This document shows positions 1 through 10,220 of a stretch of DNA of 64,000 bases, piece after piece; within the stretch, counting starts at the first letter, position 1, and each line of letters begins with the position of its first letter. The notes beneath the pieces are model-generated. The model saw nothing but the letters and a program-made list of their open reading frames with translations. It ran no database searches and was not told the DNA's origin. The position numbers and the translations under genes are program-made. Source of the stretch: an uncultured delta proteobacterium (GTDB lineage: Bacteria > Desulfobacterota > Desulfomonilia > UBA1062). Location: assembly GCA_963798485.1 (NCBI GenBank), contig CAWCTR010000014.1, forward strand, positions 128,001 through 192,000, read 5' to 3'.

Positions 1-397
1 ACAGGAATTCAACGCCTTTGAGGAGGTTTCCGGGCAGATCCAGGCAATAGGCATTGACTGCGAGCCCTTTGGGGACAATACCATCTCCATCCGAGCAGTG
101 CCGGACCCTTTGAGTGAGGCTGATATCAAGGGTGCGGTTTACGGCCTCATCCATGCGCTCATGGATGGCGAACTTCCCGCCCACAGGCCCGGGAATGACC
201 GCTTCAGCTCTGTGATCGCCACCATTGCCTGCCATGCAAGCGTACGCGCAGGCAAGACACTTACCCTGCCCGAAGCCGTAAACCTGCTAGGCGAGCTTGA
301 CAATATAGGCGCACCAATCACTTGCCCGCACGGCAGGCCTTTATTCAAGAAGATCACAAGAGAAGAGATCGAACGATGGATAGGCAGGAGGGCCTGA
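1..397 (+). CDS. mutL: DNA mismatch repair endonuclease MutL, C-terminal part (5' truncated by window)
   Basis: ACHASVRAG and CPHGRP motifs of the MutL C-terminal domain; directly upstream of miaA. Confidence 0.93.
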   Translation, partial: QEFNAFEEVSGQIQAIGIDCEPFGDNTISIRAVPDPLSEADIKGAVYGLIHALMDGELPAHRPGNDRFSSVIATIACHASVRAGKTLTLPEAVNLLGELDNIGAPITCPHGRPLFKKITREEIERWIGRRA

Positions 398-1305
398 TCG
401 TCATCACCGGGCCCACCGGTTCGGGCAAGACGGCCCTTACGCTCGAGCTTGCCCATCAGCATGCCATTGAGGTGATCTCCGCCGATTCCATGCAGGTCTA
501 TCGTCATATGGACATCGCAACTGCCAAACCAAGCCCGGAAGAGCGTGCTGTGGTCGCCCACCACCTCATCGACGAGGTTGACCCTGACCAGGAATTCCAG
601 GCAGCCATGTTTATGCACATGGCATGGGACAGAATCGCCGAGGTGAAGGCGAGAGGGAAGATACCAATAGTGGTCGGGGGAACCGGACTCTATATCAAGG
701 CACTCATATACGGCCTGGCCCCTGCTCCAGCCCGAGTTGATAAGGTGAGGAAGGCCTTGAGATCGATCATTGACCGCAAAGGCATTCACTATCTGGAAGC
801 AATGCTCATGAGGCTGGACCCTGATGCGGCATCCGCGATCAGGAAGAACGATGCGGTAAGGGTCATACGATCCCTGGAGATCATCTTTCTGAGCGGGCGC
901 AAGACGAGCAGCCTCTATGCAAATCATGGCTTTCAAAGGCCTTTGTTCAATGCGCGGATCGCCTGCATTATGCCTGAGCGTGACCTGCTCTTCAGAGAAA
1001 TCGATACAAGGACAATGAAGATGATGGACAACGGCCTGCTTGATGAGACGGAGAGGCTTCTTGAATTGGGCTACAAACCTGAGCTGCGTTCCATGCAGAC
1101 CCTTGGATACAAACATGTGATCAGGCATCTGAACGCCGAGATAGACTTGACTGAGACAATCCGCCTGATCCAGCGTGATACGAGACGATATGCAAAGCGC
1201 CAGCTCACGTGGATGAAGGCCAGGCAGGACCACATATTTCTCGATTCAATCGATCAAACCTATAAAGCGGTATCTTCCTGGCTGGATGAACAAAACAAAA
1301 TTTGA
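376..1305 (+). CDS. miaA: tRNA dimethylallyltransferase
   Basis: GPTGSGKT P-loop, DSMQVY, VGGTGLY, YAKRQLTW; probable ATG at 376 overlapping the mutL end. Confidence 0.97.
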   Translation: MDRQEGLIVITGPTGSGKTALTLELAHQHAIEVISADSMQVYRHMDIATAKPSPEERAVVAHHLIDEVDPDQEFQAAMFMHMAWDRIAEVKARGKIPIVVGGTGLYIKALIYGLAPAPARVDKVRKALRSIIDRKGIHYLEAMLMRLDPDAASAIRKNDAVRVIRSLEIIFLSGRKTSSLYANHGFQRPLFNARIACIMPERDLLFREIDTRTMKMMDNGLLDETERLLELGYKPELRSMQTLGYKHVIRHLNAEIDLTETIRLIQRDTRRYAKRQLTWMKARQDHIFLDSIDQTYKAVSSWLDEQNKI

Positions 1306-1376
1306 AGAGAAATATCCCCTCCATAGACTTCACTAACTTATGGCCTATCTCTACAAGCTTATGTTAAACAAGCCTT

Positions 1377-2144
1377 GTGTCATATACATCCAAACGATTT
1401 TTGGAGAGACGGCTGAGGAAAAAGGTAGGCCAGGCCATACACGACTACCGGATGATCGAGCCGGGCGACAAGGTGCTTGTGGCCATCTCCGGGGGTAAGG
1501 ACTCCATTGTCATGATGAAGATCCTTGTAGCCCTGAGGGAGGCTGCCCCTCTTGAGTTCGAGCTTATACCGGTGCATGTGAAGACCGGGTATGACGTGGG
1601 TTTTGAGCGGGTATCTGCCTGGATACAGGAGAATTTAGGATATGAGGTGCTGGTCTGTGACGGGTATATTTCCCAGATCATGGAGGCTGTTTCAGACCCG
1701 GAGAAGAGCCCGTGCGCACTTTGCTCCAGGCTCAGGAGGGGCAAGCTTTATGGACTGGCTGAAGAAATAGGGGTTACGTCCATTGCACTGGGGCACCACA
1801 TGGATGACATCATCGAAACATTTCTTTTACGATGCTTCTACACGGGTCAGTTAGGCGCTATGGCGCCGGCACGAAGTTCGGATGATGGAAAGAACAGGAT
1901 CATAAGGCCCCTGGCCTACTGCACCACCGAGCTCATCACCGCTTATTATGCGCATCTTGAGATTGAGCCGGTTGAGATAAGGTGCCCCATCAGGCCTGAC
2001 AGTAAACGGGGGCTTATCAGGGACTTTATAAAAAGGATTGAAAATGATATACCTTCCGTTAAACATTCAATGTTTGCAGCCTTGGGGAATATCGATATGA
2101 AGAGTTTGTGCATCAAGGAGAAAACCGATGCGGATCGAAATTGA
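1377..2144 (+). CDS. ttcA: tRNA 2-thiocytidine biosynthesis protein TtcA family
   Basis: SGGKDS PP-loop, CALCSRLRRG, GHHMDD, IIRPL. Confidence 0.88.
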   Translation: MSYTSKRFLERRLRKKVGQAIHDYRMIEPGDKVLVAISGGKDSIVMMKILVALREAAPLEFELIPVHVKTGYDVGFERVSAWIQENLGYEVLVCDGYISQIMEAVSDPEKSPCALCSRLRRGKLYGLAEEIGVTSIALGHHMDDIIETFLLRCFYTGQLGAMAPARSSDDGKNRIIRPLAYCTTELITAYYAHLEIEPVEIRCPIRPDSKRGLIRDFIKRIENDIPSVKHSMFAALGNIDMKSLCIKEKTDADRN

Positions 2145-2736
2145 TCCGTTCAGACCGAAACCCCGCGCAGTGTCCCAGGTGGCGGATATCCTGACAAAGG
2201 GTGGAATAATCGTATATCCTACGGATACGGTCTATGGACTCGGCTGCTTGATCACCAACAAACAGGGGATCGATAAGATCAACAAGATCAAGACATCAAA
2301 GAAACCCAAGAGCATCATGTTCTCCGATATCAAGGAGATCAGCCAATACGCCAAGGTGAGCAATGAGGCATTCAGGCTCATGCGGCTGCTGCTTCCGGGT
2401 CCCTATACCTTCATCCTGCCCGCTACCCGCCTTGTGCCGCGCCTGTTACAGAGGGACCGCAAGGCCGTGGGTGTCCGGATACCGGAGCACTGGTTCTGTA
2501 AATCCATTATCGAGATGGTGGGTGAACCCATCATCACGACGAGCATCCCGCTCTCGGACGAGCGGATCCACGTCGACCCTTTGGAGATCGAGGAACAATT
2601 CGGGCACATGGTGGATATTATCGTGGACAGTGGGATCCTGCCTGACATACCATCCACGATTCTCTCCCTGGAGACCGACACCATGGAGATCATCAGGCGC
2701 GGGCTCGGCTCCATTGATATGTTTGAGGTAGCTTGA
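2128..2736 (+). CDS. Sua5/YciO/YrdC family protein (threonylcarbamoyl-AMP synthase-like)
   Basis: YPTDTVYGLGC, LPGPYTFIL, VGVRIP, PSTI motifs. Confidence 0.9.
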   Translation: MRIEIDPFRPKPRAVSQVADILTKGGIIVYPTDTVYGLGCLITNKQGIDKINKIKTSKKPKSIMFSDIKEISQYAKVSNEAFRLMRLLLPGPYTFILPATRLVPRLLQRDRKAVGVRIPEHWFCKSIIEMVGEPIITTSIPLSDERIHVDPLEIEEQFGHMVDIIVDSGILPDIPSTILSLETDTMEIIRRGLGSIDMFEVA

Positions 2737-2737
2737 T

Positions 2738-4195
2738 ATGAAGAAGATGCTTATTAATGCCATCCACACGGAAGAGATAAGGGTGGCTGTTGTTGATGAA
2801 GGAATTCTCAAGGAATTTTATATGGAGAGCGCCCTGAAGGAGCAACTTAAGGGTAATATCTATAAGGCCAGGATCTCAAAGATCGAACACAGCCTGAACG
2901 CAGTGTTTGTTGATTACGGCCGGGAGAAGCATGGTCTTCTCTCAGCCGGCGATATCAACCCTTCCCTCATCCCAGGCCTGAATATCGAGAGAAATGTCAT
3001 GCATTCCCTGCACAAGGGCCTCGAGATCCTTGTCCAGGTGATCCGAGAGGAAAAGACGGCCAAGGGTGCCTTGCTCACCATGAATATTTCCCTGCCGGGC
3101 CGGTTCCTCGTGCTCCTGCCCCATCAGGACCTGGCCGGGATCTCCAGAAAGATCGAGGATGAGAAGCAGCGCAAACGGCTGCGCGAGATTATCGAACAGC
3201 TCAAGCCGCCTGAGAACATGGGCATCATCGTGAGGACGGCCGGTATGGACAAGACCAAGGCCGAACTCTCCCGGGACATGACATACATGATCAGGCTGTG
3301 GAAGAGCATCGAGGAGCAATTCAACAAGGCCTCATGCCCGAGCTCCATATACAAAGAGGGTGACATCATTATCCGTACCATAAGGGATTACCTGAATACG
3401 GATACTACCGAGATCCTTATCGACGACGATGAGACTCTCAAGCGGGCAGCACTTTTCATGAAGGCCGTCATGCCCAGGCAGAAACGGATCATCAAGCCCT
3501 ATAAACAGAACAAGCCTCTGTTCACCAAATACGAGCTCGAGCAGCAGATTGAGGGTATATTCAACAAGAAGGTAAAACTGAAGTCCGGCGGCACCATAAT
3601 CATCGAGCCCACCGAGGCTATGGTGGTTATTGATGTTAACTCCGGCCAGTCTACACTTGGTAAATCCATCGAGGAGACTGCCTTTGAGACGAACAGGGAG
3701 GCTGCTGCTGAAATAGCCAGCCAGCTTATACTGCGAGGCCTGGGCGGGCTCATTGTCATTGACTTTATTGACATGCGCTCCAAGGAAAATATCCGGGGCG
3801 TTGAGAAGGCCCTACGCGATGGGCTGAAGAATGACCGGGCCCACCTGGTTATCGGAAAGATCTCGAAGTTCGGCATCCTGGAGCTTTCCCGCGAGAGGCT
3901 CTCACCCCCCTTGCTGGAAAAGAGCCATGTGAAATGTCCGATCTGTGAAGGTGCCGGGCTGATAAGATCGGTTGAATCCTCGGCCTTCATGTTACTTCGC
4001 GAGATACAGCTTTACCTTTCCCGGAATAAGGTTGCAAAGATCAGGGTGGACATACCCGAGGAAGTCGGCATGTATGTTCTCAATCAGCAGAAGAAACACC
4101 TCATGCGCCTTGAACAGGAGTTTGCTGTGGAGATCTTTGTTCGTACGAATGACAGTCTCACGAGAGGTCAGATTGCTATTGAGCCTGCGGATTGA
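2738..4195 (+). CDS. Rne/Rng family ribonuclease (catalytic domain only, RNase G-sized)
   Basis: GNIYKARI S1 domain, IDVNSG, GGLIVIDFIDM, CPxCxG Zn-link. Confidence 0.93.
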   Translation: MKKMLINAIHTEEIRVAVVDEGILKEFYMESALKEQLKGNIYKARISKIEHSLNAVFVDYGREKHGLLSAGDINPSLIPGLNIERNVMHSLHKGLEILVQVIREEKTAKGALLTMNISLPGRFLVLLPHQDLAGISRKIEDEKQRKRLREIIEQLKPPENMGIIVRTAGMDKTKAELSRDMTYMIRLWKSIEEQFNKASCPSSIYKEGDIIIRTIRDYLNTDTTEILIDDDETLKRAALFMKAVMPRQKRIIKPYKQNKPLFTKYELEQQIEGIFNKKVKLKSGGTIIIEPTEAMVVIDVNSGQSTLGKSIEETAFETNREAAAEIASQLILRGLGGLIVIDFIDMRSKENIRGVEKALRDGLKNDRAHLVIGKISKFGILELSRERLSPPLLEKSHVKCPICEGAGLIRSVESSAFMLLREIQLYLSRNKVAKIRVDIPEEVGMYVLNQQKKHLMRLEQEFAVEIFVRTNDSLTRGQIAIEPAD

Positions 4196-4263
4196 AGCAT
4201 AAAGGGGGAGATGCCCATCACCGCATGCCTTCAATCATTTCATAATGAACGTATAAGCAATCT

Positions 4264-5256
4264 TCATATAAACAAATTTATAAGGAAAGCCACATAAAGG
4301 AGCCCCCCTACAAGGAGCACAAAAGGGTTGAGCTTTTTAAAGACAGTAACCCAGCACAGTACCAGCAGTGATGACGCAAAGGCCAGCATGGCCGAGAGCA
4401 TGGTCGTACCGGCAAGGTTCCATGGGGTAAAGATAATGCCGAAGACTACCGGGAAACAGCTCTGGAAGACCATGGCGCCGGTGATGTTCCCGATAGCCAG
4501 CGTGTCCTTGCCTCTGCCGATCCAGATGATGGAGTTCATCTTCTCTGGTAGCTCGGTGGCAATGGGTGTGATGATGATGGACAGAATGAGCGGGGCCACG
4601 CCAAAGGCCAGGGAGAGCTTTTCCACATACCCGATGAACAGGTGTGAGCCCACTATCATGAGAAGCAGGCCCAGCAGGACCTGTATCGAGATCCACAAGA
4701 GGTCTTCCGGGAGCCTGAGGAACCGTGATAGGTAAAGCTCCCCGACTGTATCATTGAGTTCGGAGTCTGAATCTATGGTGAGCTTGAGATAAAAGATATA
4801 GGAAAGCATCAGCATAACCGCTATGACGATACGCATTATATGATTGTTGACAAAGGTGGTAAGCACTGCCATGCCGTATATTATGAGGAAGAAGGACAGG
4901 TCCTTGCGCACAAGGGAGGGGTCGGCGTTCATGGTGATGGTCCGCTTGCCCAGGGCTGAATAGACAAGGACAGCCGTCCCTGTAACAAAGAATGCCAGGG
5001 TCCCCAGCATGAACGGGGCGCCGGCAATTGCCCCGATGCCGATATCATGTGAGCTCTGCGTGTTTGTGATGATGATGGCCATGATAGGAATGATTGTCTC
5101 AGGCAGGGCCGTTCCTATAGCCGCAAGGACACTGCCGATGATGCCCTGATGGAGATTGAGCTTCTCCCCGGCCTGCTCCACCGCGTTGACAAAGATGTAG
5201 CATGAAAGCAGGATCAGGCCGAGGCTAAAGGCTGTCATAAGAATGGCGGATATCAT
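4264..5256 (-). CDS. Ca2+/cation (Na+/Ca2+) antiporter family protein
   Basis: Alpha-repeat motifs GTALPE and ATELPE, GNITGA; about 10 TM helices. Confidence 0.85.
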   Translation of the reverse strand: MISAILMTAFSLGLILLSCYIFVNAVEQAGEKLNLHQGIIGSVLAAIGTALPETIIPIMAIIITNTQSSHDIGIGAIAGAPFMLGTLAFFVTGTAVLVYSALGKRTITMNADPSLVRKDLSFFLIIYGMAVLTTFVNNHIMRIVIAVMLMLSYIFYLKLTIDSDSELNDTVGELYLSRFLRLPEDLLWISIQVLLGLLLMIVGSHLFIGYVEKLSLAFGVAPLILSIIITPIATELPEKMNSIIWIGRGKDTLAIGNITGAMVFQSCFPVVFGIIFTPWNLAGTTMLSAMLAFASSLLVLCWVTVFKKLNPFVLLVGGLLYVAFLINLFI

Positions 5257-5337
5257 GAATGATTATCTCCGGGAATATTCATGCATCGATTACCACAGAA
5301 AGCCTAGAGAGTCTATTATAGTTGCAAAGGGATCTTT

Positions 5338-6219
5338 ATGGAAAAAGGCAGACCGGCATTGAATCTCGAAGAGCAGCTCGCCACGGGTATGGCAATCCTG
5401 ATCAATCTGCTCATCGCAGTGTTCTTCCAATGGAGCCGGGCCTGGGATCTGTTCCTGATCAATTGCCTCATCATCCTTGGCATCGGCGCCATAAGCCTTG
5501 CACAGAAACGCTCGCAGCATATATTGATGCATTATGTGAGAGACTGGTATGTTGTTGCGCTCCTCTTGATCATCTATCTGGAAAACCGAAGGCTCATTCC
5601 TCTTATCAACCCCCATGACCTCGATCTTTTCCTTATCGAAACAGATAGGCTCATGTTTTTCGGCCATAACCCGACCATTCTTCTGGAGAAGATCACCTGT
5701 CCTATCCTGACTGAGGTGTTTCAGATAATCTATGCGAGCTTTTACTTCCTCCCTTTAAGCCTGTGCCTCATCCTTTACAGAAAAGAGACACCCATAAAAT
5801 TCCATAGTGCGGCATCAACTATTCTCATGGGTTTTTATCTCTCCTTTATCGGTTACTACCTGACACCCGCCATCGGTCCGCGCTTCACCCTTGCAAACCA
5901 GCAGGCCTTCCCCCTTTCAGGTTTATTTCTGTTCGAAGTATTACAGCACATTATCGCTCAGATAGAAGGGGTGATGAGGGATTGCTGCCCGAGCGGCCAT
6001 GCACTGGTATCCGTTTTGACCATGTTCCTTGCCAGGCATTCTGCAAGGGGCTTTTACCCTGTGGCCTTTCTATGGGCGGCCCTCATTATCTTCTCCACGG
6101 TTTACCTGCGCTACCACTATGTCACGGATCTTATTATCGGAGTAAGCCTTGGGTTTGCAGTGTACCACTGGGGCGAGCCCATGGCCCGGGCAACCATCAC
6201 ACGCAACAGCAGGACATAA
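5338..6219 (+). CDS. PAP2 superfamily membrane protein (Aur1/IPC-synthase-like subfamily)
   Basis: PAIGPR, DCCPSGH, STVYLRYHYVTD motifs; multiple TM helices. Confidence 0.8.
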   Translation: MEKGRPALNLEEQLATGMAILINLLIAVFFQWSRAWDLFLINCLIILGIGAISLAQKRSQHILMHYVRDWYVVALLLIIYLENRRLIPLINPHDLDLFLIETDRLMFFGHNPTILLEKITCPILTEVFQIIYASFYFLPLSLCLILYRKETPIKFHSAASTILMGFYLSFIGYYLTPAIGPRFTLANQQAFPLSGLFLFEVLQHIIAQIEGVMRDCCPSGHALVSVLTMFLARHSARGFYPVAFLWAALIIFSTVYLRYHYVTDLIIGVSLGFAVYHWGEPMARATITRNSRT

Positions 6220-6247
6220 ACCGGCCTGCGGATAAACACCCACGAAG

Positions 6248-7375
6248 TCAGGGAATAGGTCGTTCATAGATGCGATAGGTTTTGTAGTGCTCAGGGGTGA
6301 GCGGTTGCAGTGCATGGATCATCTTTGTATTGGTCTCGGCAATGAGCGAGCAGTCCGACTCCCAGATATCCGAGACAAGCCCTTGTTCAATGGCCTTCAG
6401 ATAAAAAATGTCATCGATGTGCTGACCGCGGTATTCCGGAAGCACCCCCATGATGACGGTCCTTACCCTCTTGGTTTTCTTAGCCTCTCTCATGAACTTC
6501 AAGATCCGCCATGGGTAGAGCCTTCCGTTTAAGATCCTCAATGCCGGATTGATGTCTGGTATGGTGATAATGAAGCCTATGGTCTTACCATCCTTTTCAG
6601 CAAATATTGCAAGTTCCGGGATGATAAATAATCTCAACTCATGAAAGATCATCTCCATCTGCTTATCCGTTAGCGGAAGATGCCCCCAGTTTCCTTCCCA
6701 TGCGGCATTGAAGACATGCTGCACATCTTTCACCCTTCTTGGCATATCCCGTTTTTCAAGTTTTTTGAATACCGCATCCGTTGTAGAGAGAAGGCCGTTC
6801 CTTACTTCATCCAGATAGGGTGCATGTTGGGCATAATTGACCCGCTTTACCAGGAAGCTGTACCAGTCGATACATTTGACAAACCCGCATGCCTCCGCAA
6901 GGTCTTTGTAGTACGGGGCAAAGTGGAAGAGACCTACAGAGGGGATGTTCTCTTCACCATAAACCTCAAAACCTATCGAGTCATAGATGGAGAAGCTCTG
7001 GGGGCCGTTCATGATCTTCTTGCCCTTGTGCTTGAGCCAGGCAGATGCCGTATCGAACAGGGCACCGGCGACCTCCGGGTCGTTGACGGACTCGAAGAAC
7101 CCGAAGAACCCGGTATCGCTGTCGTATTTCTCCTCGTAGAGGTGGTTCACATGAGCAGTAATGCGGCCTACAGGCCTGGAGCCTCTGTATGCCACAAAAT
7201 AATCCGCCTCACCGATCTCGAAGAAGTACCCCTTGTTCCTGTCGAAGAGCCTTTTCTGATCACGGATGATAGGCGGTACCCACGCCGGGTCATTCTCATA
7301 GATCCTTGCAGTCCAGGGGAGCATAATGAAGTCCTTCATCATGCCGTTGTGCTCGACCCTCTTTGCCTCGACCAT
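6248..7375 (-). CDS. YghO-like GNAT acyltransferase (family containing bacterial ceramide synthase)
   Basis: IYENDPAWVPP, VGRITA, GFFGFFE, NWGHLP, GVLPEYRGQ, KTYRIYE. Confidence 0.75.
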   Translation of the reverse strand: MVEAKRVEHNGMMKDFIMLPWTARIYENDPAWVPPIIRDQKRLFDRNKGYFFEIGEADYFVAYRGSRPVGRITAHVNHLYEEKYDSDTGFFGFFESVNDPEVAGALFDTASAWLKHKGKKIMNGPQSFSIYDSIGFEVYGEENIPSVGLFHFAPYYKDLAEACGFVKCIDWYSFLVKRVNYAQHAPYLDEVRNGLLSTTDAVFKKLEKRDMPRRVKDVQHVFNAAWEGNWGHLPLTDKQMEMIFHELRLFIIPELAIFAEKDGKTIGFIITIPDINPALRILNGRLYPWRILKFMREAKKTKRVRTVIMGVLPEYRGQHIDDIFYLKAIEQGLVSDIWESDCSLIAETNTKMIHALQPLTPEHYKTYRIYERPIP

Positions 7376-7680
7376 GACATCTCACCTCCATTGCATGATA
7401 CGAGATTGAATAAGGACAACGAAGCCAGATGCCAAGCCCATGAAGTGAATGCCGGTTGTCAGCCCTGGGTGAAAGGATCAATGGAGAGAACTATTTTGCC
7501 AGGTTCCAGACGTCAGTCTTGTTTTTATAATAAATGGTGAACAATTTTTTTTCTTTAACCAATTTGATTTTTGTTGATTGCTCATTATACCCGGGGTAGA
7601 TGACCTGAGGGCTGTCGATTTCTATCGTCTTCAGCAAGAAGCTCTAAAACAGTTCCAATCAAACGAGGATAGGCATAAAC

Positions 7681-8646
7681 ATGCGGGAATGGACAGAGAG
7701 GAAAGTCGTTATTGTCGGGGCCGGTGCTGTAGGTTCGACATTTGCGTATGCCCTTGCTCAAACCGGTATTGCTGACACTATTGTCCTTCTTGACCCAAAC
7801 CTGGATTTGATGAAAGGACAAGTCCTCGATCTTCAGCATGGATATCCTTTTGGGCCTACAATAATCATCCGTGAAGGCTCAGATGCCGATTATCACGATG
7901 CCCATGTGGTCGTGATCACCGCTGGAGCGAAACAACAACCCGGGGAATCACGATTAAACCTTCTCAAGAAAAACATCGCCATAATAGAACACATTGCCTT
8001 GGATATTGCTGCTCAAAACTCGCAGGCGGTTATTGTAGTTGTAAGCAATCCCGTGGATCTGTTGACATATGTAATGTTAAGGAAATTAGACTGGCCACGA
8101 GGCCGGGTGATCGGTTCAGGCACCTTTCTCGATAGTGCAAGGCTTCGATATCTGCTCAGTCAGCATTGCGGTATTGATGTCCATAACGTTCATGCATATA
8201 TCCTGGGAGAACACGGCGATAGTGAATTTGCCCCATGGTCTATGGCCCATATTGCCGGTATGCCGATTGATCAATACTGCCTACTCTGCAACAAGTGTAA
8301 TGATTTTAAAAAAGAACAGCAGCAGATCGAAGATGAAGTCAGGGATTCTGCCTACCATATCATTGATTATAAAGGATCCACCAATTTTGCCATCGGGTTA
8401 GCACTGGTTCAGATTGTTGCTGCAATAATACGAAATCAACACAGCGTACTGACTGTCTCCACACTCCTGAATGGGGAATATGGGCTTCATGATATCTGTA
8501 TAAGCATTCCTTGCATACTCTCTCAGTATGGGGTTGAACAAATTATCGAGGAGAGGCTTACCGAGAATGAATTGAAGGCATTAGTCCGCTCAGCAGATGT
8601 TTTACGAAAGGTATATGAAGAAGTGCACGTTAAGGTACATTCATAG
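7681..8646 (+). CDS. ldh: L-lactate dehydrogenase
   Basis: GAGAVG Rossmann motif, GESRLNL, SNPVD, LDSARLR, GEHGDS. Confidence 0.93.
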   Translation: MREWTERKVVIVGAGAVGSTFAYALAQTGIADTIVLLDPNLDLMKGQVLDLQHGYPFGPTIIIREGSDADYHDAHVVVITAGAKQQPGESRLNLLKKNIAIIEHIALDIAAQNSQAVIVVVSNPVDLLTYVMLRKLDWPRGRVIGSGTFLDSARLRYLLSQHCGIDVHNVHAYILGEHGDSEFAPWSMAHIAGMPIDQYCLLCNKCNDFKKEQQQIEDEVRDSAYHIIDYKGSTNFAIGLALVQIVAAIIRNQHSVLTVSTLLNGEYGLHDICISIPCILSQYGVEQIIEERLTENELKALVRSADVLRKVYEEVHVKVHS

Positions 8647-8762
8647 TAACCGTCACTTTATCGAAGTAATATACACCCAGAGAAAATCATGGATGGCCCA
8701 ATTTTCCTCCCGTGTAAAAGTATTATGACAGATTCAGTAAAAAAAAATTTATTCAGGAAAAG

Positions 8763-8821
8763 ACAAAGCTCCGCCTCTGAAGTTTGGTGTTCCGCATCAA
8801 ACTTCAGAGGCGGAGCTTTGT
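8763..8821. terminator. Long hairpin between convergent ldh and HMG-CoA reductase; probable bidirectional terminator
   Basis: ACAAAGCTCCGCCTCTGAAGTTTG ... CAAACTTCAGAGGCGGAGCTTTGT, a perfect 24-bp inverted repeat. Confidence 0.65.
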
Positions 8822-8834
8822 GTATGTTGTTAAA

Positions 8835-10013
8835 TCAAAAGTTGCGGCCGTATTTATCGTGGGATGAAACCCAATGTTTTCCAAGTATTGCGGCCATAAG
8901 AGAGAGCTCACCGCATAACGCCGTTGCAGCGACGATTTCTGTCAGTTTCTTCGCTGTGTCTTTTCCTACGCAGCCCATAATACTCCGATATTCAGTCTGG
9001 GTCGGAAGACCGGTACCCCCTCCGTATGTTCCTACGATAAGTGACGGGATGGTAAGGGAGTAATAGTAGCTGTTGTCAGGGAGCAGGTCTGCATAAAGTA
9101 TGGCGGCTGATGATTCGGCAAGATTGGCGACATCCATCCCGCACGCTATAAACATTGCAGTAATACCGTTCGAGGAGTGGAGACCGTTATTATTTGTACC
9201 TGCGAGGATCGATCCGGTATTGACGATATTTCTCATTCGCAATAACTCACTAGGGGGCATGGTACTCATATTGGTGATGGCTTCGGCCGGAATGGTAACC
9301 TCAGCAATAACCCTCTTGCCCCTTGGGTGGTAAAAATTCATGTATGAGTGCTTTTTATCGGTATCGATATTCCCGGAGAGGATATAGTTTTTTATGTCGG
9401 GATTAATACTCTTGATCCATTCACTGACGGCAAAGGTGGCTTTTCCTACCATATTCTGCCCGGCAGCGTCCCCGGTTAAATAGTTGAAGCGGGTATAGAT
9501 CATATTCCCAACCGCATATTGCTCGATATCCTTCAAGGTGCAGAAGGGGTCGGTAGCCTCCGCCTTTGCCTTGATCTCCGCAAAGTTATCTTTCAGCCAC
9601 TGTCCGAACTTCTGCGCCTCCCTGGCGCTCGCAAAAGAGAAAACCGGTGCTCTCTGCATGGCCTCGTCGACGATTGTCGTGGTTATCCCTCCGGATTGGC
9701 GGCTGAGCCTCATCCCGCGATTATAACTTGCCACAAGCGTCCCCTCCGTTGTCGCCAGAGGGACATAAAATTCTCCTTTCGCATACTGGCCATTTACTTT
9801 CAGAGGACCGGCCAGTCCCACGGGGATCTGGGCGACACCGATAAAGTTTTCAAGATTGTTTTTCAGAATCTGCGGATCGAAGGAATAATTACAAGCATGT
9901 TTAAGTTCAACGCCCGTCTCCTTTTTAATAAATTCCCGCCTTGCTGCTGCCATTTCATTTGTGTAATTGTTCTCTTCCGATCTTGGAATCTTACTCATTG
10001 CACCCTCCTTCAA
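8835..10013 (-). CDS. hmgA: Hydroxymethylglutaryl-CoA reductase (class I type)
   Basis: ENFIG, PLATTEGTLVAS, TGDAAGQNM, GNIDTDKK, GTYGGGT, GELSL, C-terminal His; start may be ATG 9998. Confidence 0.9.
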   Translation of the reverse strand: MKEGAMSKIPRSEENNYTNEMAAARREFIKKETGVELKHACNYSFDPQILKNNLENFIGVAQIPVGLAGPLKVNGQYAKGEFYVPLATTEGTLVASYNRGMRLSRQSGGITTTIVDEAMQRAPVFSFASAREAQKFGQWLKDNFAEIKAKAEATDPFCTLKDIEQYAVGNMIYTRFNYLTGDAAGQNMVGKATFAVSEWIKSINPDIKNYILSGNIDTDKKHSYMNFYHPRGKRVIAEVTIPAEAITNMSTMPPSELLRMRNIVNTGSILAGTNNNGLHSSNGITAMFIACGMDVANLAESSAAILYADLLPDNSYYYSLTIPSLIVGTYGGGTGLPTQTEYRSIMGCVGKDTAKKLTEIVAATALCGELSLMAAILGKHWVSSHDKYGRNF

Positions 10014-10220
10014 TATGCTGATTTTTAATTATCTTCTCATAAATATGGATATTAATTATTAACATATGATATATATCTATATTAACTATTATTGTCAAGA
10101 AAAATTGTAGCGCATTTGCCGCTATTTGCTGTACATCGAAGAATGGAATATAAGGAAAGGTGAAAAAATGCAGGCGTGACCTGAATTCGAACCTATGCCC
10201 CAGAGCAAGGAATATATGAT

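Noticed and set aside
139-1233. Long antisense ORFs (139..1233, 6680..7540, 16043..17089, 47738..48538, 55485..56135 and similar)
   Set aside because: Shadows of well-supported genes on the opposite strand with no recognisable motifs.
10183-10197. Possible fourth, decayed att/tRNA fragment (GAATTCGAACCTATG vs GGATTTGAACCTACG)
   Set aside because: 12/15 match only, with no acceptor-stem match; could be chance.
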